Below, piece by piece: positions 9,050 to 17,753 of a DNA stretch of 33,866 bases. The notes beneath the pieces are model-generated. The model did not search any database, was not told the origin of the DNA, and saw nothing but the letters and a program-made list of their open reading frames with translations. Source of the DNA: Blastomonas sp. (lineage in GTDB: Bacteria; Pseudomonadota; Alphaproteobacteria; Sphingomonadales; Sphingomonadaceae); the NCBI GenBank assembly GCA_964228845.1, contig CAXRCQ010000321.1, positions 1 through 33,866 of the forward strand. Reading direction: 5' to 3'. Made by a program: the position numbers and the translations under genes. The stretch's first letter is position 1, and the number at the start of each line of letters is the position of its first letter.

Positions 9050-9682
9050 TCAGAAAAGCGGCTGATAATTCACCTGATCGGCCAGATCGTCGCGGTCGAG
9101 GATTTCGAGCCGCGCGTTGACCAGACGGATCACGCCATCGGCGCGCATCTGCTGCAGCGTGCGGTTGACGTGCACCGACGAGATGCCGACCAGATCGGCG
9201 AGCAGCTCCTGGGTCAGCGGCATGTGATAATGGTCTGCCTCGCCCTGGCCGCGCATCGCCAGACGCTCGCCCAGTTCGAGGAACAGGTGTCCCATGCGTT
9301 CATAGGCGTTGAGGCAGCCGAGGCGGAAGATGCTGTTTTCCAGCTGGCGTTCGATCAGCGCGCATTCCAGTTCGACGACATCGGCTTCGGGCAGCGAATC
9401 GAACTCGATGAGCTGCAGTCGGCTGATCGACATCACGGCATGGTAGAAGCTCGGCTGGCTGCTGCGCCAGACCCCGATGATCTCGCCCGGCAGGTACAGG
9501 TTGGTCAGTTGACGGCGACCGTCAAAGGTGATGCGATATCCCGCTGCCCAGCCTTCCAGCACAAGCCGCGGGCGGACGACAGTGTCACCCTGCTGGATGA
9601 AGTCGCAACGCGGCTCGATGGGGCTGGAACTTGGGCGGGATTGAGACGGAAACGCGATCGGCAAGCTCGCATACATGTTCAT
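9050..9682 (-). CDS. Crp/Fnr-family transcriptional regulator (short sensor domain; HTH GISSVHVNRTLQ)
   Basis: LEGWA, DGRRQL, LPGE, AYERMGHLFLEL, MPLTQELLADLVG. Confidence 0.9.
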   Translation of the reverse strand: MNMYASLPIAFPSQSRPSSSPIEPRCDFIQQGDTVVRPRLVLEGWAAGYRITFDGRRQLTNLYLPGEIIGVWRSSQPSFYHAVMSISRLQLIEFDSLPEADVVELECALIERQLENSIFRLGCLNAYERMGHLFLELGERLAMRGQGEADHYHMPLTQELLADLVGISSVHVNRTLQQMRADGVIRLVNARLEILDRDDLADQVNYQPLF

Positions 9683-9791
9683 GGTGTTTATGTCTCTCTG
9701 CTAGGTCCCTCCACTCGCACCCTTTCATTCCGCTGAACCAGCGTCCTTATACTGGTATATGTTAGGGTGACATTCGCGACGAACTGAACGC

Positions 9792-9815
9792 AAACGGGGG
9801 GCAAATCGCCCCCCG
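9792..9815 (-). terminator. Probable intrinsic terminator of the Gly/Gln-rich gene
   Basis: CGGGGGGC-GATTT-GCCCCCCG followed by TTT on minus strand; U-tract is short. Confidence 0.5.
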
Positions 9816-9848
9816 CCGCAGTTCAGGCCATTTTCAAGTTAACCTGCG

Positions 9849-10748
9849 TCAACTCTTGGGTTTTTCGGTCTTGCCGAGACCCGATGGCGAATCGGACGCG
9901 CTGGCACCATCGCGCTCGTTGTCCTGCCGATTCTTCGACCGCCACTCGTTGAACTCCTGGTCGAACTGGCTCTGGCGCTGCTGGTTGAAGCGGTCGTAAT
10001 CGCTGTCGAGCTGCTCGATCTGCTTCTGCCGCCAGCTCGAATAATGCGGATCGTGCTGGTGCCGGTGACCGCCCGAGCCGCCTTGCTGGCCCTGGTCATG
10101 GCCCGACCCCTGCTGACCCCAGCCCTGACCGTAGCCCTGCTGGTTCTGACCACCTTGCGACGAATGGCCATAACCACCGCCTTGCTGGCCATATCCGCCC
10201 TGTCCGCGATTTCCGCCCTGCATGTCATAGCCGCTCGGCTGGCCATAGCCCTGATGGGATTGGCCATAACCCTGGTTCGACTGACCATAGCCTTGACCGC
10301 CACCACGTGAGCGATCCTGGCCCTGGCCTGGCCCGCCCCAGCCGCCGCCCTGAGCATATCCGCCTGCCTGAGCATATTCCTGACCAGACTGGCCGAAACC
10401 GCCGCCGCCGCCATAGCCGCCGCCCTGGCCCGAACCGCCGCCGCCATATTGGCTGGGATCGGCAAAATGGCCACCGTGCTGCCAGTCATTGCCGCCCTGC
10501 TGATAGGACTGACCGGACTGACCCCAGCCGCCGCCCTGGTTGTTCCCGCCCTGCTGGCCGCGCTGACCATAGCCGGACTGCTGATAGTCGCCCTGCCCGC
10601 GCTGGCCATAATCGGACTGCTGCTGGGGCTGGCCCTGGCCGGCATAGCCACCCTGATGGCCCGCCGAGCGCGCATAATCGTTTTCCTGCCGACGCTGACC
10701 CTGCCGGTTGTTGTCGGTGTCGTTCCAGTTCTGATTGTTATCAGCCAC
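9849..10748 (-). CDS. Gly/Gln/Tyr-rich intrinsically disordered protein with a helical C-terminal motif (HDPHYSSWRQKQIEQLDSDY...FDQEFNEWR)
   Basis: GTG start after AGGAAAGGAAG; QGYGQ repeats (3x21 bp at ~10233-10295); C-terminus resembles the tail of alphaproteobacterial SWFGD/DUF2171-type proteins (from memory). Confidence 0.8.
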   Translation of the reverse strand: MADNNQNWNDTDNNRQGQRRQENDYARSAGHQGGYAGQGQPQQQSDYGQRGQGDYQQSGYGQRGQQGGNNQGGGWGQSGQSYQQGGNDWQHGGHFADPSQYGGGGSGQGGGYGGGGGFGQSGQEYAQAGGYAQGGGWGGPGQGQDRSRGGGQGYGQSNQGYGQSHQGYGQPSGYDMQGGNRGQGGYGQQGGGYGHSSQGGQNQQGYGQGWGQQGSGHDQGQQGGSGGHRHQHDPHYSSWRQKQIEQLDSDYDRFNQQRQSQFDQEFNEWRSKNRQDNERDGASASDSPSGLGKTEKPKS

Positions 10749-10818
10749 TTGAGACTTCCTTTCCTGCATTGCGGTTGCGCCACCTGGGGAAGCGGCGGCG
10801 CTCCGGACCGCTGCCGCC

Positions 10819-10860
10819 ATAGTCTGAACATTGGCGGGCAGCGGCCCTTGCACAGGTTAG
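10819..10860 (-). promoter_or_regulatory. Putative Crp/Fnr class II promoter: box CTAAC-CTGT-GCAAG (10860-10847), 22 nt, -10 GACTAT
   Basis: Shares motif and spacing with five other island promoters; weakest -10 of the set. Confidence 0.55.
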
Positions 10861-10894
10861 GAATTGTGCGGCCTGTCGCACTGCTCGCCGCAAA

Positions 10895-11758
10895 TCAGCT
10901 TCCGACGACCACCCCGCCATTGGGGTGGAGCACCTGACCGCTCATGTAGCTTGAATCGTCGCAGGCGAGGAACAGGAAGCAGGGCGCGACCTCGTTGGGC
11001 TGTCCGGGCCGTCCCATGGGGGTCGATTCGCCGAAATTCTCGAGCTTCTCCTCGCTCGCGCCACCGCAGGGGTTGAGCGGGGTCCAAATCGGCCCCGGCG
11101 CGACGCCGTTCACGCGGATCCCCTTTTCCGCCAGATTCTGCGAGAGGCTGCGGGTGAAGGCGGTGATCGCGCCCTTGGTTGCCGAATAGTCGAGCAGCTC
11201 GTCCGCGCCCTTGTACATCGTCACCGAGGTGCAGTTGACGATGGCCGCGCCGGACTTCAGATGCGGCATCGCCGCCTGCACCATGTAGAACATGCCATAG
11301 ACATTGGTCTGGAAGGTGCGCTTGAGCTGCTTGTCCGAAATGTCGGTAATATCCTTGTCGGGATGCTGCTCGCCCGCATTGTTGACCAGGATGTCGATCT
11401 GCCCGAACTTGCGCATCGCCAGGTCCACGACCTCGCGGCAATGGTCGCGCTCGCCGATATCGCCCGCTATGATCACCGCCTTGCCGCCTTCGTCCTCGAC
11501 CATCTCGGCCGTGGCCTCGGCATCGGTGTCCTCTTCCAGATAGCTGATCACGACATTCGCGCCCTCGCGCGCGAACAGCACCGCGACGGCGCGCCCGATC
11601 CCCGAATCGCCGCCGGTGACGATCGCCACCTTGTCCTTAAGACGCCCCGAGCCGGGATAGCGCGGCTGCCATTCGGGCTTGGGGTCGAGCCCGGCCTCGA
11701 GGCCAGGCAGTTCGGCTTCCTGCATCTTCGATACGGTCTTGGTGCCGGTCTTGGTCAT
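10895..11758 (-). CDS. Short-chain dehydrogenase/reductase, general-stress YhdF/YghA-like
   Basis: YPGSGRLKDK, TGGDSGIG, NNAG, YSATK, SYMSGQVLHPNGG; AAGGAG RBS. Confidence 0.93.
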   Translation of the reverse strand: MTKTGTKTVSKMQEAELPGLEAGLDPKPEWQPRYPGSGRLKDKVAIVTGGDSGIGRAVAVLFAREGANVVISYLEEDTDAEATAEMVEDEGGKAVIIAGDIGERDHCREVVDLAMRKFGQIDILVNNAGEQHPDKDITDISDKQLKRTFQTNVYGMFYMVQAAMPHLKSGAAIVNCTSVTMYKGADELLDYSATKGAITAFTRSLSQNLAEKGIRVNGVAPGPIWTPLNPCGGASEEKLENFGESTPMGRPGQPNEVAPCFLFLACDDSSYMSGQVLHPNGGVVVGS

Positions 11759-11797
11759 GGGGAATCTCCTTTGAAGGGGGAAGGTTCGCGCCCGGGT

Positions 11798-12586
11798 TCA
11801 ACCCAGGGTCACGTCGAGAAACATCATGATCGCCAAACCCGCCATCAGCGCAGGGGTTGCCGATCCATGCTCGATCCGGCGGCTGGTGCCGGGGATGATG
11901 TCGGCCATCACGACGAACAGCATCGCGCCCGCCGAAAAGCCCAGCGCCGAGGGGAGCGCGGCTGTCGACGTCTGTACGATGGCAACGCCGAGCGCGCCGC
12001 CGAACGGTTCGATAAGCCCGGTCGCGAGCGAGGCGAGGATGCAGCGCGCCCGGCTCCAGCCAAGCGTCGCGAGCGCGGCGGCCACGGCCATGCCTTCGGG
12101 AATGTTCTGGATGCCGATGCCCAGCGCGGTCGCCCAGCCGAGGCTCGCATCGCCCGACATGAAGCTGACCCCGACCGCCGTGCCTTCGGGAATATTGTGC
12201 AAGGTCACCGCCAGGATGAACAGCAGGATGCGCCGGTGCTCTGCATCGTCGGCGAGCCAGCCGGGGACCGCAGCCAGCCGGGCCCGCGCGATGCGATCGA
12301 TTCCGCGCCCCAATTGCGCCATCGCCAGCGCGCCCAGCAGCACCGCGCCGACCACGATCACCGCCGCCATCTCGCGCGTCGATCCGCTCGCCTCGGCCCG
12401 CTCGATGCCGGGGATGATCAGCGAGAAGAACGCTGCCGCGATCATCACCCCGGCGGCAAAGCCCATCAGCAGGTTCTGGCGCCGGGCATCGGGGGCGCGG
12501 CCCAGCATGACCACCACCCCGCCCAGCCCGGTCATCGCACCTGCGACCAGGCTGGCGGCAATCCCGATCATTGCCATTTCAGGCAT
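11798..12586 (-). CDS. ZIP family (ZupT/GufA) divalent metal transporter
   Basis: GFAAGVM, VTLHNIPEG, GIQNIPEG, TGLIEP, AGAMLFV. Confidence 0.92.
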   Translation of the reverse strand: MPEMAMIGIAASLVAGAMTGLGGVVVMLGRAPDARRQNLLMGFAAGVMIAAAFFSLIIPGIERAEASGSTREMAAVIVVGAVLLGALAMAQLGRGIDRIARARLAAVPGWLADDAEHRRILLFILAVTLHNIPEGTAVGVSFMSGDASLGWATALGIGIQNIPEGMAVAAALATLGWSRARCILASLATGLIEPFGGALGVAIVQTSTAALPSALGFSAGAMLFVVMADIIPGTSRRIEHGSATPALMAGLAIMMFLDVTLG

Positions 12587-12636
12587 GGATCGGGGGCCTT
12601 GCGAGGGGGATCATGCGGATCATCGGCGCGGCGCGA

Positions 12637-13506
12637 TCACTTCGCCATGCCGAGTTCGGCACCGGTCACCGGATCGACCGTGGGGTCCGATGCGGTGCGC
12701 TCCGCCATGGCCAGCACGGTGCGCAGCTTGTCCTTGGGCAATTCGACCTCGGCAGTGCCGTCACCGCCATCGACCGGGCCGTGCGCCTCGAGATCGTCGA
12801 TCCGCTCCCACTGGTCGCCGCTGTTCCACGGGCCTTCGGTATCGCCGGGGCCGGTCGAGGCGTTGACATAGAGCGAATCATAGTCGCCCATCGGGCCAAG
12901 CTTGCCCGGCGGAAAATTGTCCGCGATCGTGTAGAGCGCCTTTTCGAAGGATTTCTGATGCGCGATCTCGCGGGTCATCAGAAAGCCCAGCGCATCCTTG
13001 ATGCCCGGATCGTCGGTGACGTTGATCAGCCGCTCATAGACGATCTTGGCACGCGATTCGGCGGCGATGTTGCTGCGCAGGTCGCAGGTCGGGTCGCCGC
13101 GCGAATCGACATAGGCGGCGGTCCATGGCACGCCCGACGAGTTGGTGAGCGCGGGGCCGCCGCCATAGAGGATCGCCTGGGTGTGGCTGTTGCCGCCCGC
13201 AGTGAGCGAGCGGTACAGGTCCGCCTCCTCCATCGCGGCCTCGGCCAGATCGCCCTTGGCCCCCTTGTTGAGCATCGCGACGATCGATCCGATCACCTCG
13301 AGATGGCTCAGCTCCTCGGTGGCGATGTCGAGCAGCATGTCCTTGCGGCCGGGATCCTCCTCGGCCAGGCCTTGCGTGAAATAGCGCATCGCCGCGGCAA
13401 GCTCGCCATCGGGGCCGCCGAACTGTTCGAGCAGCAGCGAGCCGAGCACCGGGTTCGGCTCGGACACGCGGACGGTATATTGCAGACGCTTGTTATGGGT
13501 GAACAT
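12637..13506 (-). CDS. Manganese (non-heme) catalase family protein
   Basis: EQFGGPDGEL, DIATEELSHLE, DLRSNIAAE, FLMTREIAHQ. Confidence 0.95.
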   Translation of the reverse strand: MFTHNKRLQYTVRVSEPNPVLGSLLLEQFGGPDGELAAAMRYFTQGLAEEDPGRKDMLLDIATEELSHLEVIGSIVAMLNKGAKGDLAEAAMEEADLYRSLTAGGNSHTQAILYGGGPALTNSSGVPWTAAYVDSRGDPTCDLRSNIAAESRAKIVYERLINVTDDPGIKDALGFLMTREIAHQKSFEKALYTIADNFPPGKLGPMGDYDSLYVNASTGPGDTEGPWNSGDQWERIDDLEAHGPVDGGDGTAEVELPKDKLRTVLAMAERTASDPTVDPVTGAELGMAK

Positions 13507-13533
13507 GCGGGGTTTCCTTGGAAAGAGGGGGAA

Positions 13534-13558
13534 GCCCCGGACCGCGACGATCCGGGGC
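13534..13558 (-). terminator. GC hairpin after the small membrane gene (terminator or processing stem)
   Basis: GCCCCGGA-N9-TCCGGGGC followed by pyrimidine run TTCCCCCTCTTT. Confidence 0.45.
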
Positions 13559-13565
13559 CGTGCAA

Positions 13566-13754
13566 TCAGGTGACGGTGGTGGTGGGATGCGCGGTGGTCA
13601 TCGTGGCGGCATTGCCGACCCGCTCCTCACGGCGCAGCGTGCGCGGGATGGTATTGTGCTTGGGTGCGGGCATCGCCAGCGTGATCAGCGCACCGATCAG
13701 CGGCACGCCCATGATCCACAGCGGCAGCAGCGGAAAACCGAGAATATAGGTCAT
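13566..13754 (-). CDS. Small single-TM protein, 62 aa (MTYILGFPLLPLWIMGVPLIGALITLAMP...)
   Basis: ATG with GGAG RBS, hydrophobic N-terminus, own predicted promoter; 3' part of ORF 13566..14102. Confidence 0.7.
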   Translation of the reverse strand: MTYILGFPLLPLWIMGVPLIGALITLAMPAPKHNTIPRTLRREERVGNAATMTTAHPTTTVT

Positions 13755-13805
13755 GGCAGGGCACTCCATCTGGGCCGGGGCGGGGTGTCCCGGCAGGATG
13801 GTGCA

Positions 13806-13847
13806 AGGCTGACCCCTTGGGCTGGACCGCCCCATAACATGGGTCAG
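13806..13847 (-). promoter_or_regulatory. Putative Crp/Fnr class II promoter: box CTGAC-CCAT-GTTAT (13847-13834), 22 nt, -10 CAGCCT
   Basis: Shared motif and spacing; would drive the small TM gene and possibly Mn catalase-ZIP-SDR. Confidence 0.65.
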
Positions 13848-13877
13848 GCTGGACCAATTTCGCCAGAATGAGGGGGT

Positions 13878-13919
13878 TTCACCTATGTAAGATTGCCCGG
13901 GCGCGCGCTCGGCTAGGTG
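13878..13919 (+). promoter_or_regulatory. Putative Crp/Fnr class II promoter: box TTCAC-CTAT-GTAAG (13878-13891), 22 nt, -10 TAGGTG
   Basis: Shared motif and spacing; upstream of the GT-glf fusion. Confidence 0.65.
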
Positions 13920-13989
13920 CCGGATCAGTCCCATGCGACACGCCCGTCCGTTCCAGGACCGGCGGCCACCTTCGATCCGGAGATACCCG

Positions 13990-16329
13990 ATGCACCGCCC
14001 GTTCCAGCACAGCCAGACCCCTGCCCTTTCGGCGCGCCCGGTGATCGTCTGCTTCTCGCATCTGCGCTGGGATCTGGTATTCCAGCGGCCGCAGCACATC
14101 ATGACCCGGCTCGCTGGCCAGTTCGATGTGCTCTACTGGGAGGAACCGCGCTTCGATGCGGCGTGCGAAAGCCCGCGTCTCGACCGCAACAGTGTCGAAG
14201 GCGGGGTGACGCGGCTGGTTCCGGTGCTGCCCGAGGGGCTCGATGGCGCGGCGATCGACGCGGCCCTCTCCTCGATTCTGCAGGCTGAGGTCGCGGGTCA
14301 TCGCGGGCCTCTGGTCTTCTGGTACTATACCCCGATGATGCTGGCGTTCAGCGCCGGCATGCGCCCCGATTTCACCGTCTATGACTGCATGGACGAGCTC
14401 GCCAATTTCGCCTTTGCGCCGTCCGATATCGCCCAGCGCGAGGCGAGCCTGATGGCGCGCGCGGACCTGGTGCTGTGCGGCGGACGCAGCCTGTACGAGG
14501 CGCGGCGCGACCGGCATCCGAACGTGCATTGCTATCCTTCGGGCGTCGATATCGCGCATTTTGCGCGCGATGCCGCGACCACGGCCGAGCCCGGTGATCA
14601 GGCGCATCTGCCGCGCCCGCGCCTCGGCTTCTATGGCGTGATCGACGAGCGCATGGATCTCGCCCTGCTCGCGGAACTGGCGGCGCTGCGCCCCGACTGG
14701 GCGTTCGTGATGATCGGCCCGGTGGTCAAGATCAGCCCCGACGACCTGCCGCGCGCGGCCAATATCCACTGGCTGGGCGGACGCGATTATGCGCAGCTGC
14801 CCGATTATGCGGTGCACTGGGACGCGGCGCTGATGCCCTTCGCGCTCAACGCCTCGACCCGCTATATCAGCCCGACCAAGACCCCTGAATATATGGCGAG
14901 CGGGCTGCCGGTGGTCTCGACCCCGATTGCCGATGTCGTCGCGACCTATGGCACGCTCGGGAGCATCCGCATCGCCGAGGACGCGTGCGGGTTCGTGTCT
15001 GCCTGCGAGGCCTTGCTCGGTGCCGATTCGCGGACAAAGGCGGCGTGGAACGCCGAGGCCGAGACCTGCCTGGCCGACAAGAGCTGGGACGGCACCGTCG
15101 CCCGCATCGCGCGCCAGGTGCAGGAGGGGCTGATCGAAAGCCAGATCGCACGCATCTCGGCAGCCCGCCCGCGCGCCCGCGCGCGCCATTATGACGTGCT
15201 CGTCGTCGGTGCCGGCTTCGCCGGAGCGGTGATGGCCGAGCGGATCGCGGCAGGCTCGGGCAAGTCGGTGCTGGTGATCGACAAGCGGCCGCATATCGCG
15301 GGCAATGCCTATGATCATCTCGACGATGCGGGCATCCTGGTGCACAAATATGGTCCGCATATCTTCCACACCAACAGCCGCGACATTCTCGATTACCTGT
15401 CGCGCTTCACCGGCTGGCGGGACTATGAGCATCGCGTGCTCGCACAGGTCGATGACAAGCTCGTGCCGATGCCGATCAACCGCACGACGCTGAACGCGCT
15501 CTACGGCCTGGACCTTGCGACCGAGGAAGAGGCCGCCGCCTATCTCGAATCGGTTGCGCTCGACGTCGGCGAGGTGCGCAATTCGCGCGATACCGTGGTG
15601 TCGCAGGTCGGAGAGGATCTCTATGCCAGGTTCTTCGAGGGCTATACCCGCAAGCAATGGGGCGTCGATCCGCGCGAGCTCGACAAGTCGGTCGCGGCGC
15701 GCGTGCCGGCGCGGACGAACACCGATGACCGATATTTTACCGATGCGCATCAATGCATGCCCGAGAAGGGCTATACGAAGATGTTTGCCAAGATGCTCGA
15801 CCATCCGCAGATCGACGTGCTGACCGGACAGGGATACGAGGACCTGCCCGACGGCATCACCTGGGACCATCTGGTCTGGACCGGCCCGATCGACGAATAT
15901 TTCCACCACCGGCTCGGCCATCTGCCCTATCGTTCCTTGCGCTTCGAGCACGAGACGCTCGAGCAGGAACAGGCGCAGCCGGTGGCCACGGTCAACTATC
16001 CGGATTATGCCGTACCCTATACCCGCATCACCGAGTTCAAGCATCTGACGGGGCAGCAGGCGGAGGTGACCAGCATCATGCGCGAATATCCGGCGGACGA
16101 GGGCGATCCCTATTATCCCGTCCCCAATCCGGCGGCGCAGGACATGTACCGGCGCTATGCGGCGCTGGCGCGCGATTGCCCGGACGTGACCTTTGTCGGG
16201 CGGCTCGCCACCTATCGCTATTACAATATGGACCAGATCGTCGGCCAGGCGCTGGCGACCTGGCGCAGGCTCGATGCGCGCTGGCGGCTCGAGGCGCTCT
16301 CGACGCTGGGCGTGGTGGCAGCCGAATGA
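13990..16329 (+). CDS. glf: Fusion of a GT-B (GT4-like) glycosyltransferase and UDP-galactopyranose mutase
   Basis: N-half: FSHLRWDLVFQRPQH, YDCMDEL, SPTKTPEYMASGLPVVST. C-half: VGAGFAG, HKYGPHIFHT, YTRITEFKH, GDPYYP, GRLATYRYYNMDQ. Start MHRPFQ after GGAG (ORF extends to 13933). Confidence 0.93.
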   Translation: MHRPFQHSQTPALSARPVIVCFSHLRWDLVFQRPQHIMTRLAGQFDVLYWEEPRFDAACESPRLDRNSVEGGVTRLVPVLPEGLDGAAIDAALSSILQAEVAGHRGPLVFWYYTPMMLAFSAGMRPDFTVYDCMDELANFAFAPSDIAQREASLMARADLVLCGGRSLYEARRDRHPNVHCYPSGVDIAHFARDAATTAEPGDQAHLPRPRLGFYGVIDERMDLALLAELAALRPDWAFVMIGPVVKISPDDLPRAANIHWLGGRDYAQLPDYAVHWDAALMPFALNASTRYISPTKTPEYMASGLPVVSTPIADVVATYGTLGSIRIAEDACGFVSACEALLGADSRTKAAWNAEAETCLADKSWDGTVARIARQVQEGLIESQIARISAARPRARARHYDVLVVGAGFAGAVMAERIAAGSGKSVLVIDKRPHIAGNAYDHLDDAGILVHKYGPHIFHTNSRDILDYLSRFTGWRDYEHRVLAQVDDKLVPMPINRTTLNALYGLDLATEEEAAAYLESVALDVGEVRNSRDTVVSQVGEDLYARFFEGYTRKQWGVDPRELDKSVAARVPARTNTDDRYFTDAHQCMPEKGYTKMFAKMLDHPQIDVLTGQGYEDLPDGITWDHLVWTGPIDEYFHHRLGHLPYRSLRFEHETLEQEQAQPVATVNYPDYAVPYTRITEFKHLTGQQAEVTSIMREYPADEGDPYYPVPNPAAQDMYRRYAALARDCPDVTFVGRLATYRYYNMDQIVGQALATWRRLDARWRLEALSTLGVVAAE

Positions 16330-17753
16330 AGCATGCAGCCGAGCTAGAACAGACGGCCATCCGCCGCGTCGCCGCCCCGCATCCCGAACGGGACTGGGTG
16401 CGATGCGCGGCGCGCGCGCCCTATTTCCAGACCGAATCGGGCGCGGCCTGGACCCCGGTCGGGCATAACGAGGCGATCACCTGGCCTCATCTCGCGCCGC
16501 TCTATCGCAGGCAGGATGTCGCCGCAGTCGACCGGCATTTCGCCGCGCTGAACGCGAGCGGGGTCACGTGCCTGCGCCTGATGCTCGATTACAACCAGGT
16601 TCGCCATCGCCATCTGGAAAGCCGTTGCGGCCATTTCAGCCCGGCGATGGTGCGGCTGTGGGACGATCTCATCACGCTCGGCGAACGGCACGACATCCGC
16701 TTCCTGCTCACCCCGTTCGACACCTTCTTCATGGCGCGGCGCTGGAAGACGCATCCGTACGCACAGGCGACCGGCGGGCCGTGCAAGTCGCCGCGGCACA
16801 TGTTCACCTGCCCCGAAACGCGCGCCGCGATCATCAACCGGCTGCTGTTCGCCACCCGCCGCTGGGGGCACAGCCAGGCGGTGTTCGGCTGGGACCTGTG
16901 GAACGAGATCGACAGCTTCTATGCCGCTGGCGACATGGCGGCGGTGCACGATTTCGTGGGCGAGGTTTCGGCGGCGCTCAGGGCCGAGGAACTGTGCGTG
17001 CATGGCCGCAGCCACCCGCAGACAGTGTCGGTGTACCTTCCCAACCTGCTGCTTCGCCCCGATCTGGGCGAAACGGTGTTCCGCCACCCTTTGCTCGATT
17101 TTGCCAGCGTGCACCTTTACGAAAAGGGCACGATCGACCATCCGCGCGGCACGCTCGCGCCTGCCAAGGCGACCGCGCGGCTGATGAGTGCGGCGCTCGC
17201 GCAATGCCCGGTCGATCGGCCGTTACTCGATACCGAGCATGGTCCGATCCATGCCTTCAAGGACCGGCACATCACGCTGCCCGACGATTTCGACACGGAG
17301 CTGTTCCGCCGCATGCAATGGGCGCATCTGGCGAGCGGCGGTGCAGGCGGCGGGATGCGCTGGCCCTATCGCCATCCGCATGTGCTGCTGCCCGCGATGC
17401 ACGAGGCGCAGGGCGTGCTCGCGCGCTTCCTGCCGCTGATCGACTGGCGCAGCTTCCGCCGCCAGCCGCTCGGGGAGCGGCTGCGCGCACCGGGCTTTGA
17501 CGGCCTGGCAACGGGTTGCGGCGATGGCCGCCAGGCAATCGTGGTGCTCATGGCCAATCGCGCCCAATGCGGCCATGCGACGGCGTTCGACATTCTGGGG
17601 CTGGAGCCTGGCATATATGGCGTCACCCAGATGAACACGCTCACCGGCGAGATGGAAAGCGCGCAGGTTCAGACGATGCAGGACGGGACGCTGACCGTTC
17701 TGGCGGGGGGTACCGGTCAGGATGTCGCGCTGGCGATCACCCGCGCCAGCTAG
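16326..17753 (+). CDS. Clan GH-A (GH5-like) glycoside hydrolase, apparently cytoplasmic
   Basis: WDLWNE (acid/base), SVHLY, DTEHG (candidate nucleophile); ATGA overlap with glf; no signal peptide. Confidence 0.7.
   Translation: MKHAAELEQTAIRRVAAPHPERDWVRCAARAPYFQTESGAAWTPVGHNEAITWPHLAPLYRRQDVAAVDRHFAALNASGVTCLRLMLDYNQVRHRHLESRCGHFSPAMVRLWDDLITLGERHDIRFLLTPFDTFFMARRWKTHPYAQATGGPCKSPRHMFTCPETRAAIINRLLFATRRWGHSQAVFGWDLWNEIDSFYAAGDMAAVHDFVGEVSAALRAEELCVHGRSHPQTVSVYLPNLLLRPDLGETVFRHPLLDFASVHLYEKGTIDHPRGTLAPAKATARLMSAALAQCPVDRPLLDTEHGPIHAFKDRHITLPDDFDTELFRRMQWAHLASGGAGGGMRWPYRHPHVLLPAMHEAQGVLARFLPLIDWRSFRRQPLGERLRAPGFDGLATGCGDGRQAIVVLMANRAQCGHATAFDILGLEPGIYGVTQMNTLTGEMESAQVQTMQDGTLTVLAGGTGQDVALAITRAS

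Noticed and set aside
10233-10295. Short direct repeats as a CRISPR-like array
   Set aside because: In-frame 21-bp coding repeats without spacers; no cas genes
9839-10831. Alternative 330-aa minus-strand frame over the G/Q-rich gene
   Set aside because: Ala/Arg/Met-rich by-product of the repeats; the RBS and conserved-looking C-terminus support the G/Q/Y frame
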